A stretch of 64,000 bases of DNA, taken from NCBI GenBank assembly GCA_013265495.1, contig MU058636.1, forward strand, positions 6,483,741 to 6,547,740. The letters are read 5' to 3'. The stretch comes from Vicugna vicugna (lineage: Eukaryota). A model generated the notes under the pieces. The model saw only the letters and a list, made by a program, of their open reading frames with translations. It searched no databases and was not told where the DNA came from. This document shows, piece by piece, positions 27,241 to 41,809 of the stretch. Position 1 is the stretch's first letter. Each line of letters starts with the position of its first letter. Both the position numbers and the translations under genes were made by a program.

Positions 27241-27879
27241 TGGTTTTGGGGCTAAAGTTAGTTATATAAAAATGAAATATAAAAACATGGTCTGGAAATG
27301 AAAACAAGATAAACATTTGACACAGTTTAAGAGAGGGCAAAGATCTGACCTAAAAGACAAAAAACAACATTCAACTTATATATTGCCACACCATCATCTA
27401 CAGATAAGATTGATGTCAAAGACACAAAAAGAAGAATAATAAAACTTTAACCAAGAAGAGCAAGTAAATTGCTGATGGCACACCATCTCTACCTGATTGG
27501 TAGAAGCTGTCTAGAGCAGGATAGAGAGGGGTTTAAAGGCAAGTCTGAGTTCAGTGGGAAAGAATGCTATGATTTAGTAGTAATATCCACCATTGACTCA
27601 GAAAGGATGAGTGTTAGGGTATGCAAAATATTTGCTACATAAGTTGTAAAACAATATTTTAACCAAGTATAGTAGATACCTATTATTTGTGTCTGAAGAA
27701 ATGCCTGAAGACCTAAGGACAGCCTCTATTCTTAAATAATACAACAGCATATACTCTGTCACATGAATCACAGTAAAATATAACTTTAAAATGTAAGTAA
27801 CTCCTTTCAGGTGTTTAACCGTTCTATAAATACAAGATTACAGCAGAAAAGCTAGTTGCAGTTATACCCCACCCCTCAA

Positions 27880-28260
27880 ATTGTTAACCATCTTTTCTGT
27901 AGTAGTAGGAGCTCTGAAAATTTATCTGGGCACATGGCTGCCCAGAATAAGTACTCTGTTTCTCAGCCTCTCTTGCAGATGGATGGGGCCATTTGACTAA
28001 GTGCTGACCAATGAGATTTGAGCAGAAGTGATGTGACCAACTTCCAGGTTGTCTTCTTTGCCCCTTCCAACTGGTCCTGAGGCACACTGGGTGATGGTGC
28101 GCCATGAAGGGGATGAAGATGAGGTAACACCTTGAGTCACTGTATCAGCTTTACACCTCTTACGGAAAGTTATGCATGACAGAAATAATTCTCTGTCATG
28201 TTTAACCCACTATAATTTCAGGTCTCACTTAGAGCTAACAAACCCATGACTTATCTAATA
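27880..28260 (+). mobile_element. MLT1-family (MaLR) solo LTR
   Basis: tctcagcctctcttgcag...gaccaatgagatttgagcagaagtgatgtg...cttccagg. Confidence 0.75.
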
Positions 28261-28427
28261 AAGTAGGTACTGTGAGACATGGGAATGTGCACAATTAAAA
28301 TGCCTCATTGTGGGAAATGTGATTCAGGAAAAAGTCATTTTCATTATGTAGATACTTCTGCGAAGTATCCAAGAAGGTTAAGGGAGCAGTGCAGCAATGC
28401 AGCTACCCAACAGACTATTTCTTACAC

Positions 28428-28622
28428 TGGGGTTGCATGGGCCAAAGTCAGCCAAGCAGCTTTTTGTAAATAAAGTTTTGTTGGGACACAGCCATGCTTA
28501 TCCGCCTATTGTCTATAGCTGCTTTCTGAGCTACAATAGCAGAGCTGAGTCGTTCTGACAGACACCATATGGTCCACAAAGCCTAAAATACTTACTCTCT
28601 GAAAAAAGTTTGCTCGCCCCTG
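28428..28622. mobile_element. MER58A hAT MITE
   Basis: tttttgtaaataaagttttgttgggacacagccatg...aaaaagtttgctcgcccctg. Confidence 0.85.
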
Positions 28623-29777
28623 TCTTGAAAGATGGCAGCCTTTGTACCTATGAGAATTCTAACTGAACTGATTTCAGATATCACTTTTTCTCATTTCCAT
28701 ATGGCAATCTGTAACATCTATGTATTAATATTCAACATCCCACTTTCAGTTTATCCAAATACAGTATTTTCTGTCAAGTAACTATTTAAAACTCTTTAAT
28801 TTCTTCTCATTTGTCTCCCTAGTAAATTTCACTTGAATCCCATTTAACCCCGGGGACTTTTTCACAAAAAGACAGTATCTCTTCACAAGAATTAGTGCAT
28901 CACAAAGGTAAGCTGGGAAAGCCAGTGGACCAAGATACAACCTCCTGGTTGTTGACTGTACTCACTCCAGAGTTTAGTGACTAATTCCCACATTCTAACC
29001 TCACAACCAGTGAAGCCCAAGTTCACTCCCTGAACTCAATGTCACTTAATCACAGTGACTTTCTTTCACTATTAAAGAAAATGTATCTAAAATATTTAAA
29101 GGAAATGAGACTGTTTATGTTAAAGTCAAGAATGGTATGGGTCTATTTTAGCAGAAGTTTTATATGAACCAGTGTGAGTCTTCAAAGGTGAATTTGACTT
29201 AAAAGAGAATTTTAAATGGAAAGAAAAAGTGAGACCAATGAAGAATATGCTGCATTTATCTCAAAAGCAATCAAATAATCAAAAAGAAAAGCAAATGATT
29301 GCATTTCTAAATGCAAATTAAAAATCACACCTATCAGAGTAGGCATCCAACCAACAGTGAAAAGTCTGTAATGTTGGCTCTAAAAACGCTAGACTCTTGA
29401 ATTCATTCTTTCAATATATTTTTAACAAGAAAAATTAAGAAAAGAAGCTTAGGCCATTAAAAAATGATGAAGACTCAGCAAAAATTAACTATAGGTCAAT
29501 ATTAAGAAAAGGGAAAGAAACTCAATTGCTATACATGCATAAATCCATATATGAAAAGAAGCTGTACCTGTATTTTTTTTAAAAATGTTAAAATTAAATT
29601 AATTTTATATACTCACCACTTATAACATGACTGCCTTAGTACTTGTGAGATTTCAGAATCTAATTTAAAAAAAAAATACGTTCCTAAAACCCAGCACTGC
29701 TGGAAGAATGAAATGTTTTAAAATTATAGTTATGCATATATTTAGAACACGTACTAATTTATTACTTATCATCTCCT

Positions 29778-30100
29778 AGAGCTATGCGGTCTAATATGGT
29801 AGCCACTAAAGACATGTGGTTTCAAGATCTATTAAGATTTTGAAGTGTGGCTAGTTCAAATTTAGATGTTATAAAGTACACACTGAATATTTAGGACTTA
29901 GTACAATAAAAAATTATGTAAAATATCTCATTTTTTACATTTTGATCACATATTGAAATGATAATATTTTAGATACACTGGATTAAATAAAATATGCTAC
30001 TGAAATTAACATATTCCCTTTTAGGTTTTTAAATGTAACTACTAGAAGATGTTAAATCATATATGAGGTTCGCATTGTATCTCCATGGGAGAGTGCTGGT
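29778..30100. mobile_element. MER33-like hAT MITE
   Basis: aatatggtagccact...tattgaaatgataatattttagatac...aaatgtaactactagaa. Confidence 0.85.
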
Positions 30101-31279
30101 CTTGAGTATCTCTGAGTACTGTTCTCCTCAGAGACAATTATCAGCTTCGGGGTTCTGAGAAACCTATCACCATTAACACTGGTAATCAATAAATGTAATT
30201 GTGTACTGGAGATTTACATGAGATTGAAAAATCATTTTGTTAACTCCAAACATGGATTTTACTTTAAAGAATCTAATAAGAAATACAGAAATAATATACC
30301 CAAGTCCTATTGTTCTCCTTGCTTATTTCATTTTAATTTCATTGATTCTAAAGAGAAGATTTTACATGTGTGCAGAGCAAGATGCAGTGTTATAAGTTCG
30401 GAGGGAAATAGATGACCAAAAAATAGCAGAATCAGCAAGAGAATGAGACCCATGTGGGATACAATAACTAAACTTGGGATGAAATATGACCAAAATAACC
30501 TCTTTTAAAGAACTAAAATTTAGCACCTTATTTATTTTTCTAGTGCTGCATTTTCACAATCAGTCTAGGATACCAATTTGGTAGAGAAATAGATGGAAAA
30601 AAAGGCTTCTATAGAAAAACAGATTGCTTCTAAGATTCTTCATTGATATACCTTCCACAGATAATCAGGATAATATTATTTAGGATGTGAATTCTAAAAT
30701 ATCATATTACTAAGTACTTTTTTACAGTAACAGTTCTAAAATGCTGACTTAACTTCCTGACCATCTAATTTTATCTTAATGAACTATTCTATTCAATGAA
30801 TCACTATTCTTGTAAGCTCTTCTGCGTAACAGAACAGAATGTGACAGCTACCAGCATGTGCCACTGAAAGTGCCCGCTGCCTCCAGCCCTGTTGTTTTGA
30901 ATGATTTACTCAGGATAGAGATACTTGACCCTGCAGATAGGCAGTCCTTTGGATTTTCTCCTAAAGCCCACTTGAGAGCTATCTCCCACTGCTCTTTCGG
31001 TATCAAGTCTTGTCAAGAATAAAAGTGCTGTGTCACTCACTCCATTGGTTCTTTGTCCCTAAACAGATGAAAAGTCCTTGTTTTCCCTTCTAAGATGTCA
31101 GGGAATTAAAAGAGAAAAGTAATTTCAGTGCCCAACAGTAGAAATGCCTGTGTGATAATTTCTGAACAACACCAGTTGCTACTGAGGTCAGCAGGAGGAC
31201 ATGAGGTCTGATTGTTCTCTGTTTCTAATTCACAGGTGAGTTAAAATACTTCTCTTGTCAAAAAAAATCCATACTTTAT

Positions 31280-32210
31280 TATTTTAATTTAATGAGAGAA
31301 CAAAGGCAAAAAGAATCTGTGTTAAATGTTCAGAACATGGACTTCTTCATTAATGGGGATCATGATCATGGGAATAAAAACCCTGTCTCCTGCCTCCAAC
31401 TCAACAGCCTGCAGCAGGATCTCCCTGCTGTGCCTAACGTACAGCTGCACGAGGGCTTTTCATATTTGTACTGTCAGTGGTGAGAAGAGCTTCTGCAGGG
31501 GCCCCAGGGAAAAACAAAGTTGGAAAAGACACACACACACAAATAGAGAGGACATGATGGCATATATTCCAACCAGCCCCTCGGACAAGGTCTAACCTTC
31601 CTCAGAAAGGGATGGAAATGCCATTTTGATGAGGAAACTTATGAGACTCTGGATACAAACGCTGAGAGTCTAAGGGACAGAATGTGGCTCCACCAACGTC
31701 CAGAGGTATGAGCAGGTACTAAGATGTGGTGAAGGCAGCCAGGGGCGGGCTGGTGTGGTGCTGCGTCCTCCATGAGTGGTAGCTGAGGAAGTGAGCATAT
31801 AGCACCACATTTATCTATTTCCTCTCTCTGTCTCATGGTTTTGTCTTCAAAGTCCTCCTCATTTACCTGCCATCACAGTCTTAACCACTGCAATGTCAAC
31901 ATAATGCCTTTTCTGAAGTTGTTCATGACAACACTTTTGATGAATGTGATGGATGGGAATCACTGCTTCTGTCACAACCTCTGTCCAGCAGTGCAAGCTA
32001 CAGGGTAAGGATGGACATCAACCAGGAAGTGCCCCTCACCCCAGCACAATGGGTACCAGGTGCGGCCACTGTGGTCAGCTGCCTCCCTCAGCTGAACTGC
32101 TGAGAAGCTAGAGAGGGAGATTCGAAGTCTTGACCAAGGGCGTAAGTGAGACAAAGCTCAGGAGACACTGAGGAGGGGCTCTGGTTGCCCCATGTTCACG
32201 TGGCCTCCTC
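31280..32210 (-). pseudogene. Probable decayed processed pseudogene, parent unidentified
   Basis: About 0.9 kb of mRNA-like, GC-elevated sequence with stops in all frames and no repeat motif I recognise. On the minus strand it ends in ATTAAA followed by an A-rich tract (TTAAAATAATAAAG). No clear TSD. Confidence 0.4.
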
Positions 32211-32629
32211 ATTCATATGCAGAGCCTGGAGAGATCTACATGCATTCAGATCACGTACGACTTTTCTACCAGAGAATGAAGCTGGAGTCAACAGACCATG
32301 AACTCAGAATCCCCAGTCCCAGGAGTGATGTTATCACTACATACTGGGAACAAGAAAGACAGAGAATAATACTGGTTCCAAATTTTAGATTGGAATTTTT
32401 CATTTGAATATTTGTTTCAATATTTATCTTTTATTACTCAGTAGATGTGCTCATGAACATCACAGTAATTTTTTTAATTTAATTACATTTTAAATTCTGT
32501 AAGCAATAAATTTATAGGAATCTGCAATAACACCCCTTATTAAAAGATCACCCACTAAATGTATCTATTTTGTACAATTGGATTTTTACACCCTATTTTC
32601 TTGAAATGAAATATAACAAATTAAATTTA

Positions 32630-33400
32630 CCATATTTACGATATTTCTATTGGACACTTAATATGTGCCATGATTTGACTAGGTCCTAGGAGTTCCAAGA
32701 TGAATAAAACACAGTCCTTGTCCTCAAAGAGGTTATGGATTGTCAGAGAAGACAGTTATGACGCCATGTGAAAGAAATCAGCACTAAGGAAGAAGCGATT
32801 AATTCAGCGATGGTGGGGAAAAGTCTGGAAAGCTGTATGACTTTGAAGCTGGATATTAAAGGATGATTAAAAATATGACAGGTAATTGAGGGAGGGAGTG
32901 ATATTCCAAACATAAAAAGAACATGTACATGGGGGAAACAGATGAAGGATATAGAAGTCCTCTCTATGTCATCTATGCAACTTCCTGTGAATTTACATTA
33001 TTTCCAATTTTTTAAAAATGTTTAATATGCTAATGTCCATATGTATGTACATGCATGGTATTTAGGAAAAACTGCAAGTAATACTGGGGGAGGGATTAGG
33101 ATGGGAGCATGCGGGACAGGCAATCAGGAATCAGCTTGTATTGAAGAAAAATAAAGCTGGCAGCAAGGGTAAGAGTCTTGGAACAGTGGAAATAGAAGAT
33201 TAACGACTTAAAGGTATTTTGAGGTAAAAGCAAAAGTCTTTGGTGATTCTGGTAAAGAGGGGAGAGGTAAAGAGAATTTTTAGATTGGGGTGGAAATTCA
33301 TGCCAATTATCGTTATAGAATAACCAAGAAGTGTTTATAGTGAAAGATGAGCTCAATTTGGAACTATTGAAACTGAGTTTCAACACCCATTTGCAGCAAA
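32630..33400 (-). mobile_element. LINE-2 3' portion with a short embedded L1 3' fragment (~32930-33020)
   Basis: aagatgaataaaacacagtccttgtcctcaaaga; purine-rich reverse-orientation L2. Confidence 0.7.
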
Positions 33401-35059
33401 GTCTTACAGTACACATTTCCTATATTGTTTTATCATATTCAGTTCTGCTACGGAAGACAAGAAAACATAGGATGGACTGAACTCATAAGAAATGTTAATC
33501 ACAGTTCACAAAACTATTAAAAAATAGGTAAAACTCACAGGATACTTTATGTACACATAATGAGTAAGCAAGTCACTTGTGAGACACAAGTAGAACTCAT
33601 GTGATATGTTAATACAGACAGTAAGTTAGCAACCTGTAAGATCGGCCAACAATTAATGGAATAAATAAAAAGCATGATAGAACAAACAAAACTGTTGTTT
33701 GGAGGTAGGAAGGATGGAAAAGACCAAATCATGCTGCCTCTGGGATGAATACAATGTCACCCTCAAATTCAATCACCCACTGGTGACATCTAGTATGGTC
33801 TCATTCTGGCTCCATGTGTACTCTACCCAAGAAACACACATCAGATCTATGGCTATTTAGGAGGCTGACAAGCCACAGCTGTGACCAAACGTTCTTGGCC
33901 CTGAGTGTCCCCAGCAGAACAAGTGTGTAACATTGGCCTAGGTCTCCTTCTGTCTGTGAACCCCGACCTCAACCTCCACTCTGGTCCTCATAACCACGCC
34001 ATGGACAGGGAGGACAACAGTGGCAAAGAGACAGATGAGAAGGGAGAGGATAAGTGAGCTTTGGGAGCCCTAGGTTTCAGGTACTGTGGTCCTTCCATTT
34101 GCTTGTACCCTAATCCAAGAATGTTCACTTACCCCATCTCTTTACCTTTGCTTGCTGTTGTATGCATTAAGTGGTTTTAATAAACCCCGTGGTCTGAGAG
34201 CCTGTCTACCCTATGACTTCTAAGATAGCATGCTTCATGCTATACTTAGAACACTTCAAGGTAATTCCCTATATGATAGGTCTGAACCAGAGGATTATAA
34301 TTGTTGAACTGATTGAAATAATCCAACTAGACCCCAATTACCTTGGTTTAACACAAGTTTTTTTGGTGTATGCAAGCTTTCAACAAATGTAAAACCCCAT
34401 AAGACAAAAATCAAGCCTCCACTTTTGAAAAAACAGAAATTATCTCTTTTTATGTCTATTTCTGAAACCTTAATGTAAGTCCTTTGGGGCAAAAATCATG
34501 CTCTATTTATCTTTGTATCTTCATACTCAGCCTATTACCAGTAACAGTGCAGATACTTAATGTGTTTTCTGAATTGAAGAATAAGTTACAGTGCATTTTT
34601 ATAACTTGACTATTTACACACTGATATTTATATATTGATTCTGAAAAAGCTCATCAGCACAGCCACTAGTAATTTGATTTAAAAACTGTGTGGATTAGAT
34701 CACTTACCCAGACAGAGACTGCCATGGGAAAACACTGAATTCCTCCTGGGCAGGACTGACAGAATGAAAATGACTTCAATGACACAGTGGCTCAAGGCTT
34801 CTGGACCAGTGAACCTCAACTTGGTTTTCAACAGATTATGACAAAGATCCCAAACCCTCTATTCATTGTCAAAGTAAGTTAGCAAACAGGATTTGAGATT
34901 GTGGGAATGTGGAAGAGTAAACACACGTCATATAGATTGCTTGCTGAGGCATAGTGGAGCAGAGAAGGGATGCAAGTGTCAGGACAAGACAAAGCCCAAC
35001 ACATGAGAAAAGAAGGAGAGAGAGAAAAAATAAGAGTCTTTTTGTTCATTTATCTGGGA

Positions 35060-35445
35060 CGATTGTTAAATTGGAGACATGTTAGATAAATTATGGCTTG
35101 TTCATACAAGAGAATATTTTGCAGCTGTTTAAAAAGAGATTTAAAAAAATTCATGGGCCAATAGGGAACAATCTACCAGCTATATTGCTAAGCAAAAGAA
35201 TCAAGGTGAGGAGCAGTTTGTATAGCATACTAATATTCTGTGTGCAAAAAAGATCTGGGCATCTATATCTGCTTATGAATAAAATTTTGTGGAAGGATAC
35301 ATATAGCACACTGATTATAACAGCTGACTCTAGGAAAGAGAACTGAGAATTGTGAGATATAGCAGAAAGCAGACTTGTTTTTTGTGTTCATGTATTTTTA
35401 AATTTTTGTAATTTTACGTGCACCATGTTTTCCAAAAAATTAAGC
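35060..35445 (+). mobile_element. Old LINE-1 (L1ME-like) 3' fragment
   Basis: gttagataaattatggc...tattgctaagcaaaagaatcaagg...tatagcat. Confidence 0.65.
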
Positions 35446-35519
35446 TGGAGTAAGATGATTAAAATATCAATTTTTAAATTTAACATTAGATTTTTTTCTA
35501 AAATGTTTTTCCATCAAAA

Positions 35520-35880
35520 ATATCTGGAGGATACTGTGCTTAGTGAAAGAAGTCAGATAGAGAAAGACAAATGCTATATGTTATCACTTATATGTGGAAT
35601 CTAAAAAATAAAATGAATGACCATAACAAAACAGAAACAGACTCACAGATACAGAAACAAACTAGTAGCAGGGAATTAAGAGGTACAAACTACCATGTAT
35701 AAAAGAAATAAGCCACAAGGATAAACTGCACATCACAGGGAATATAGCCAACATTTTATAATAATTTTAAATAGAGTACAATCTTGAAAAAATTTTTGAA
35801 TCACTATGTTGTACACCTGAAACTGCTATATTGTAAATCAACTAGACCTCAATGAAATGAATACATAATAAAACATTAAA
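35520..35880 (+). mobile_element. LINE-1 3' end (laurasiatherian-type 3'UTR)
   Basis: tcacttatatgtggaatctaaaaa, aacagactcacagatacaga, cactatgttgtacacctgaaact. Confidence 0.88.
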
Positions 35881-38304
35881 ATATGGAAAACTCAGTTCAG
35901 TAAACAAATGTATTTCTACCCCTACTCATATCTACAGTTTACAGTGTTCCACTGTACAGTGGAAGCTTTTTCATTTAAGATTTGCTAAAATTCCCCAAAC
36001 AGGATAAAAGTCTATAATTTCCAATTACATTGTACATTAGGTTATACATTTAGAGCTCTTTTCTTCCAAGTTAATATGTCACAAGAAGGCATTAACTCAC
36101 TAAGCCCTATTCAACTTTTAAAGTTTCAGTTTAATTAATTTCACAAATTTCACAAATTTTTCATTTATGAATTTAATTCTTTACAATTAACTTAATTCTT
36201 TAGAAAACTTTTCACAGTAGGAGGTAGATAGGCCCTGTTAAGTCCAAATTGTGAATTTGACTCTCCAGAGAGAAGACCAAGAAGAAAATGAAAGATACAT
36301 AGTTTGGTTTTCTCATCTACAGAGTGGGAATAATAAGAGTAACTAGCCTGAAAATATATACAAACCCCACAATAAATGGTAGTTGTGCCTACCGTAGTCG
36401 AAGGTCAGACGAAGATATGCTAGTTCTGTGAAAAGATTTCTGTCCAAAAACCGTAAGTTTATTGTCTTATTTAGGTAAAACTAAATGCCTAATGATGCTT
36501 GGTGATGGGTATTATCCTCCCATCACAGCTTGGCAGACATCTCTCCCAAATATCTGATTACCTGTTTGAATTGGAAATGGCTCATCTCCCAGTGTATTAA
36601 CAATTAACTGTTTCCAATGGCTTGGTAAACAAAATAACCAAATAATTGTTCAAATTGCTTACATAGTTGTAAAATTTAATGCATTTAAAATGGCTTTTTT
36701 TAAAATATAGGTTTATTTTTTAAAAAGAGAGAGACATGCTATATGTTTGCATTTGAGTGATGAAGAACTTGAATTAGGATTATAAAGATAATAAGAATCT
36801 ACATTTTGGAGAGGGAGAATTAAATCTGTCTTCCTAAGGGCTGATACAAAACTAATTTTAAAACAATCCATCCTTATTTAGTTAAATTGACCAGGTAATC
36901 ACCTGCAGTTCATTCTTTACTGCCGTTGTAAACACAGGCAGGTATCATTTATTTGGAGCTTTAGTGAAGACTCCTGTGGTGTCTTAAACATTCTGAAGAG
37001 GTTTATATTTAAATGACTAGTCCTTGAGAAGATAAACCAGACTAAATCACCTCTGGGTATACTCGCCGTCAACCAGCAATTATCCAATCGACTTTTTTAG
37101 TTATGCCTGGAACACAAACTGAGTACTGTGAAAATGAATAGCCATGGTTGTTTTATGAACATTTAGATCTGTTGTCCTACCAGGCAGGGGAAAACAAACA
37201 GACCTAAGAGAGGACTGAAGAGGTCCACATGGTCGAGGTAAAGTGTAGTCCCAAACACAGAACAATGACCCTGCAAACGCAAATGTCTTCCAGCCCCCAC
37301 AGTGTTCTGCCTCAACCAGGCTCATCGCCTTGTCTCTTTTTGTCTGTCCCATAAAAGGGGAAGGAAGAGGAGAGAGAGGTGGAGGATCAGAAAGACACCT
37401 CGAGGAACCTGGGAGAAGGATCATGCTTGGCAGACTTCCACTCCATGATTCAGGAAGAATCAAGATAATTTCCAAATATAGTCATTTCTGACACCCAGCT
37501 TAGCTTTAGTTGCCTGAAATCCACAGCTGGAACAAACCAACAGTGACATCTGTCCAAGTTAACAATGAAGGAGCATCACAAACAAAACCAAAGAAAACCA
37601 CAGAAATCACATGAAGTCCTCTGGAGCCTAAAAGGAGTAAGAGAACATGTACTTTTGGAGTGAGGAAAATCATATACAATCATTCTTATTTCATCTAACA
37701 CCCACCCCCCCAAAATGGTTATGTTTTAGTCCACGTATTCACTTAGTTACTCAATTAATGTTTGTCAAAGAAGGTGTGTATTTAACATGATAAGAGCATT
37801 GTTCTAAGCTGGAGATAGAACAATAAATAAGCAGCTGGGGCTGCAAGAGGAGGGGAGAAGGCAGGCCACCACTTTCAGTGAGAGAACAAGATTCAGGACT
37901 CCAGCCCAAGAGCGCAGGGAGCTTCACTGTCTCACTGACCAGCTTAGTCACCCCTTCCTGTGAGGAGAGTGAGAGCTCAAGTTTAAGCTGCTTCCCTAGT
38001 CCATTCCTGAGGTGGACACCTTGGTGAAAGTGTTTGTTTTACATAAGGAGCATGAGGAGAGACATAAGCCCTAATTCTAATTAATATTCCAAATCATCCA
38101 CGTCGGTCTCCCACATACCTGCAGCCCATTCCCTAAAACACGCCAGGCAATTCCACACCTTGGGGACTTCATTCATGGTGTTCCCTCTCCCTGAACTCCT
38201 TCTCCCCATAACCACCCATATTATCTTCCCAAGTTGTTGAAATCCTTTGCACCTCTGAATACTCTCTCCTTTTAGAATCTTTCCCCAACTCTCCATCCCC
38301 ACAG

Positions 38305-38475
38305 GAAACTAAATTCCTGGCACTATTAGCCACTTTGTGACCTTGGGTGACTGGGTCTTACTTTCCTCATCTATAAAGCAGGGATCAATACTACTTGACT
38401 CCTCAGGGCTAGTGTGAGGGTTAAAGCATGCAACATTACCTGGTTGATAACTGATGTTTAATAAATGTTACGTTC
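38305..38475 (+). mobile_element. MIR SINE
   Basis: tgtgaccttggg...tttcctcatctataaa...gtgtgagggttaaa. Confidence 0.75.
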
Positions 38476-39109
38476 GTCTCCACTCTGAGACTGAAATTGA
38501 ATTAATTTTCTGTCTCTTTGCTAAATAATCCTGGGACTAAGCATATTTTCCTTTGCCTATGTTAAGAAATATCAAGACAAGCAAAAATAACTTAGCTATT
38601 TGCTCTAGGAAATATTTGTTCCTAGAAGATACAACTGTGAGCCAACTAGAACAATTTATATATTAAGACAGTTTGCGCATCAAGACTTATTCAATACCCT
38701 TGCCTCCTTGTGTGCCTCCCAACTCAAAACTATAATGTCCAAAACTCTGCACACTGGTAGTTTGACTCTTTTAATACACTTAACTTTGCTTACTCAACAG
38801 ATCTTTTCAGAGAATTGACAGTTGACACTTCGCCTTAATTACAATTCAATGGCACTTGGCTTAAACTCCTACCTCAGCACTGTGCTGTAACTCTGTTGCT
38901 GGTTAGTTCCCTAATTATCTGCCCTTCTCTATAAAATAGTAAACTTCAAGAAAGCAAGATTGTGTCTTTTCATCTTCGTAATTCTAGTGCTCATCATCAC
39001 AGTTTGCCAAACACTGAGCCAGAAAAAAACAAACACATTTTTCCTTGGGTGAATGGCCATCCTTGAATTAACAAATCCACTTTTAACGCACTAACCTAGA
39101 GGTTTCACT

Positions 39110-39521
39110 CAAGGATTCAATCTGTCTTCTGGTCAGACTCAGCCAATGGGAAGCACCAACAAGGGATCAGGGCGTGGTTGGAGAGCAGGGACCGGAGCAT
39201 GGTAGAACAGCGACTGGCTGTTATTTCCCCAGCTCCCTGCCTGCCAGGCCATAGCTGGCAGAGGCTGCTTTACCTTGGGTTCCTCTACTAAAGCCACACT
39301 CCTCTCCGGGGGCCTCACCTACAGCTCTCACTCTCTCCAGGGTCTAACAGTCACTCCCCTCCCTTTGCCCCCACAGGTCTTGCACAGTAAATGCTCCTAT
39401 TGATTGCCTTCACCATCCTTCATTTGTTTCCTAATCCTGGGTAACTGCCCCTTCATTAAACCTTCCTCAATTACCCTATTTAGATGCGCTGTCAGTACCA
39501 CAGGGAATCCTGACTGATGCA
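39110..39521 (+). mobile_element. LTR33-like (ERVL) LTR
   Basis: cagccaatgggaagcacc...cccttcattaaaccttcctcaattaccc...cctgactgatgca terminus. Confidence 0.75.
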
Positions 39522-40509
39522 TCTTCTAGGGATAGGCCCCACAAAGAAAGCGGTACCAACAACGAGCTGGTACCTCTCGTGACACAAGGAGTAGCAAGTC
39601 TGAGTCTAACTTTGTGACAGTGCCAGGACTCCTCAGAACGGAGATGTGTGCCTCCGAAAAAGGGGTTTTCATTTATATCTGCAGTAAACCAACCTGGCCC
39701 CTAACCACTGAAACCAAAGGGTGTATTTTAAAACTGTTTCTGAGGGAAAAAAAAAAGTTTTCCTTCTGAACCTTAGTGAAGTAGTTTCAGGGCAGTAAAG
39801 GCCATTATACTTTAGCAAAAACAACTGCATCAAGCTATAACATTTGTACTGAGTGGTGAAAACCATTCCAGTAGCCTCTATAGCATATCCCAATTATGAA
39901 GAGAAAAAAACTGAGAGATAAGATGTTCGATCTCTTCCACTCAGTTCAGAAATTACTGAAATTTGTAACCACATTAGGAGAAATCCAGCAGAATAAGCAA
40001 ACTTCTCTTACAGGCAGAAAGAGCCTGAGATTTACCCTGACTTTTAATGTAATTTGATATGTGTTATGGTACTCGTTAAGGCCTCCTGTAAACTAATATT
40101 CAGGAAAAGAGAAGGTATTGGAAATTGGAAGGAACATCCTATGTTTCTACTGGTATATGGAACTACAAGTCCAGGTATAAATCTTTTCAGCATGTCGTGC
40201 TTGGAAAGGGGAGAATTATATAATGGCAGGAGGCGGGCTGGAGGTCCTCATGCAGATGCAAGTTGATTAAAATTAGCACTTCATGAAATTGCTTTCTTTT
40301 TTTTTCTTTTAGATGAAAAATGTTTCTAAGTGGGACACAGCTATAGAAGTAAAAAGTCCTCATTTTTCAATCTACACTAAAGGTTCTTTCCATGTGCGAC
40401 CTTATTTGGTGCTTTAACCTAAAATTATAATATGCAAAGAACTTTAAACATTTCTTTTTCCTTTTGCTTGTTTCGGTTCTTATGGAAAACTGCCAAGATT
40501 ATCTGAGGG

Positions 40510-40725
40510 CAGAGTAACTAGCATGGTAGAAAGAGAATTCAAACCCCAAGCTTAGGATTTACCAAAGCCACATAGCTTTGGACAAACTACTTAATTTTCT
40601 GAGTCACGGGTTTATCTTTAAAGTTTAGTCCTGAAGTCGCTGAGAGGATTAGGTAAGAGCACACCTACATAGCACCCTTCACAGTGTCTGGCACTGTGCA
40701 CGTGGTACTCAGTAGCAGTTACTGT
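40510..40725 (+). mobile_element. MIR SINE
   Basis: tggacaaactacttaattttctgag...tgagaggatt...acagtgtctggcac. Confidence 0.7.
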
Positions 40726-41809
40726 CACGCTCGGTGTCCATGAGTGACGTGAGAGTTAGTGGCAGTGCTGCTATTCAATTCCGGAAACTTTGGTTGTACA
40801 CCTATGATGCACTGGGTGCCCGCAAGGAGCTTCTAATTGTGTAAGTACGCAAATTAACTTGAGTCAATTTGATTTGAAAAGAGAGAGAAGAGGTTAAGGT
40901 CAAGCAGGAATTTTAATTGAAATTGAAATTCCTCCTGGGTTGCTGATTCAGATCCATTACTCCATAACACTGCAGAGGCTGTGACCTGGTGCCGCTGCTT
41001 AAAAAATCACCCTGAAAGATGTTAAAAAGGGGCCAGTTTTAAGACTAGTTTGTTCCAGTAGTATTTCCAACATAACAGACTCTTCTGCGTATCTTCATAT
41101 GATGAAGCTAATTGGTGCGCTACCCTCCCAACTTTGCCAGTTACCCAGAGTATCTTCTATGATGTGCTTGGGCTGTTTCTATTTCAGCCCTCTCCGTTCT
41201 GCTGACTACGGTCATCAGAAGTACATGCTGCCTATCACTGACATTTCTCAGAGACACACAAATCAGACTGAAGCACTGGCAATTAATATTCCCACTCTTC
41301 TCTGCGAGACATATACAATATTCTAAGTGGTACTTCACTGGTGTAGAAATGAAATTAAATTATGGAAAAAAGACAGAGTTTTTGAGACCAAAATCAACGG
41401 CAGGTATACTTTCCAGACAGGCTTATAAAGGAGAGTGAAAGACTAAGGCATAATGTAGCACTTTTTAAAAATCATCCGTTTTTCTTTCCCAAAAGAACTT
41501 AAGGCAGGAGGTGGAATAGCATCTATGCCATTATGTCATTTTAAAAATCCCTAAAAGAATATAATGATTATTTTCCCATTTCAATGTTTTTATCATTTAA
41601 AAGTAACCAAATATAATTCATGATCCACAAATTGCATTATTAATGGGAACCCTAAATTTACCAGCCACAACAATAAAGCCAAATCAAACTTACCAAACTT
41701 CTTCAGAACCATCTAATGGTTATTATGTATGGTTACTGCATGGTATGTAACCACACAATGATTATAATGGCAATAATAACTCCAAAGTTCTCAAATGGGA
41801 TCTAAGCCC

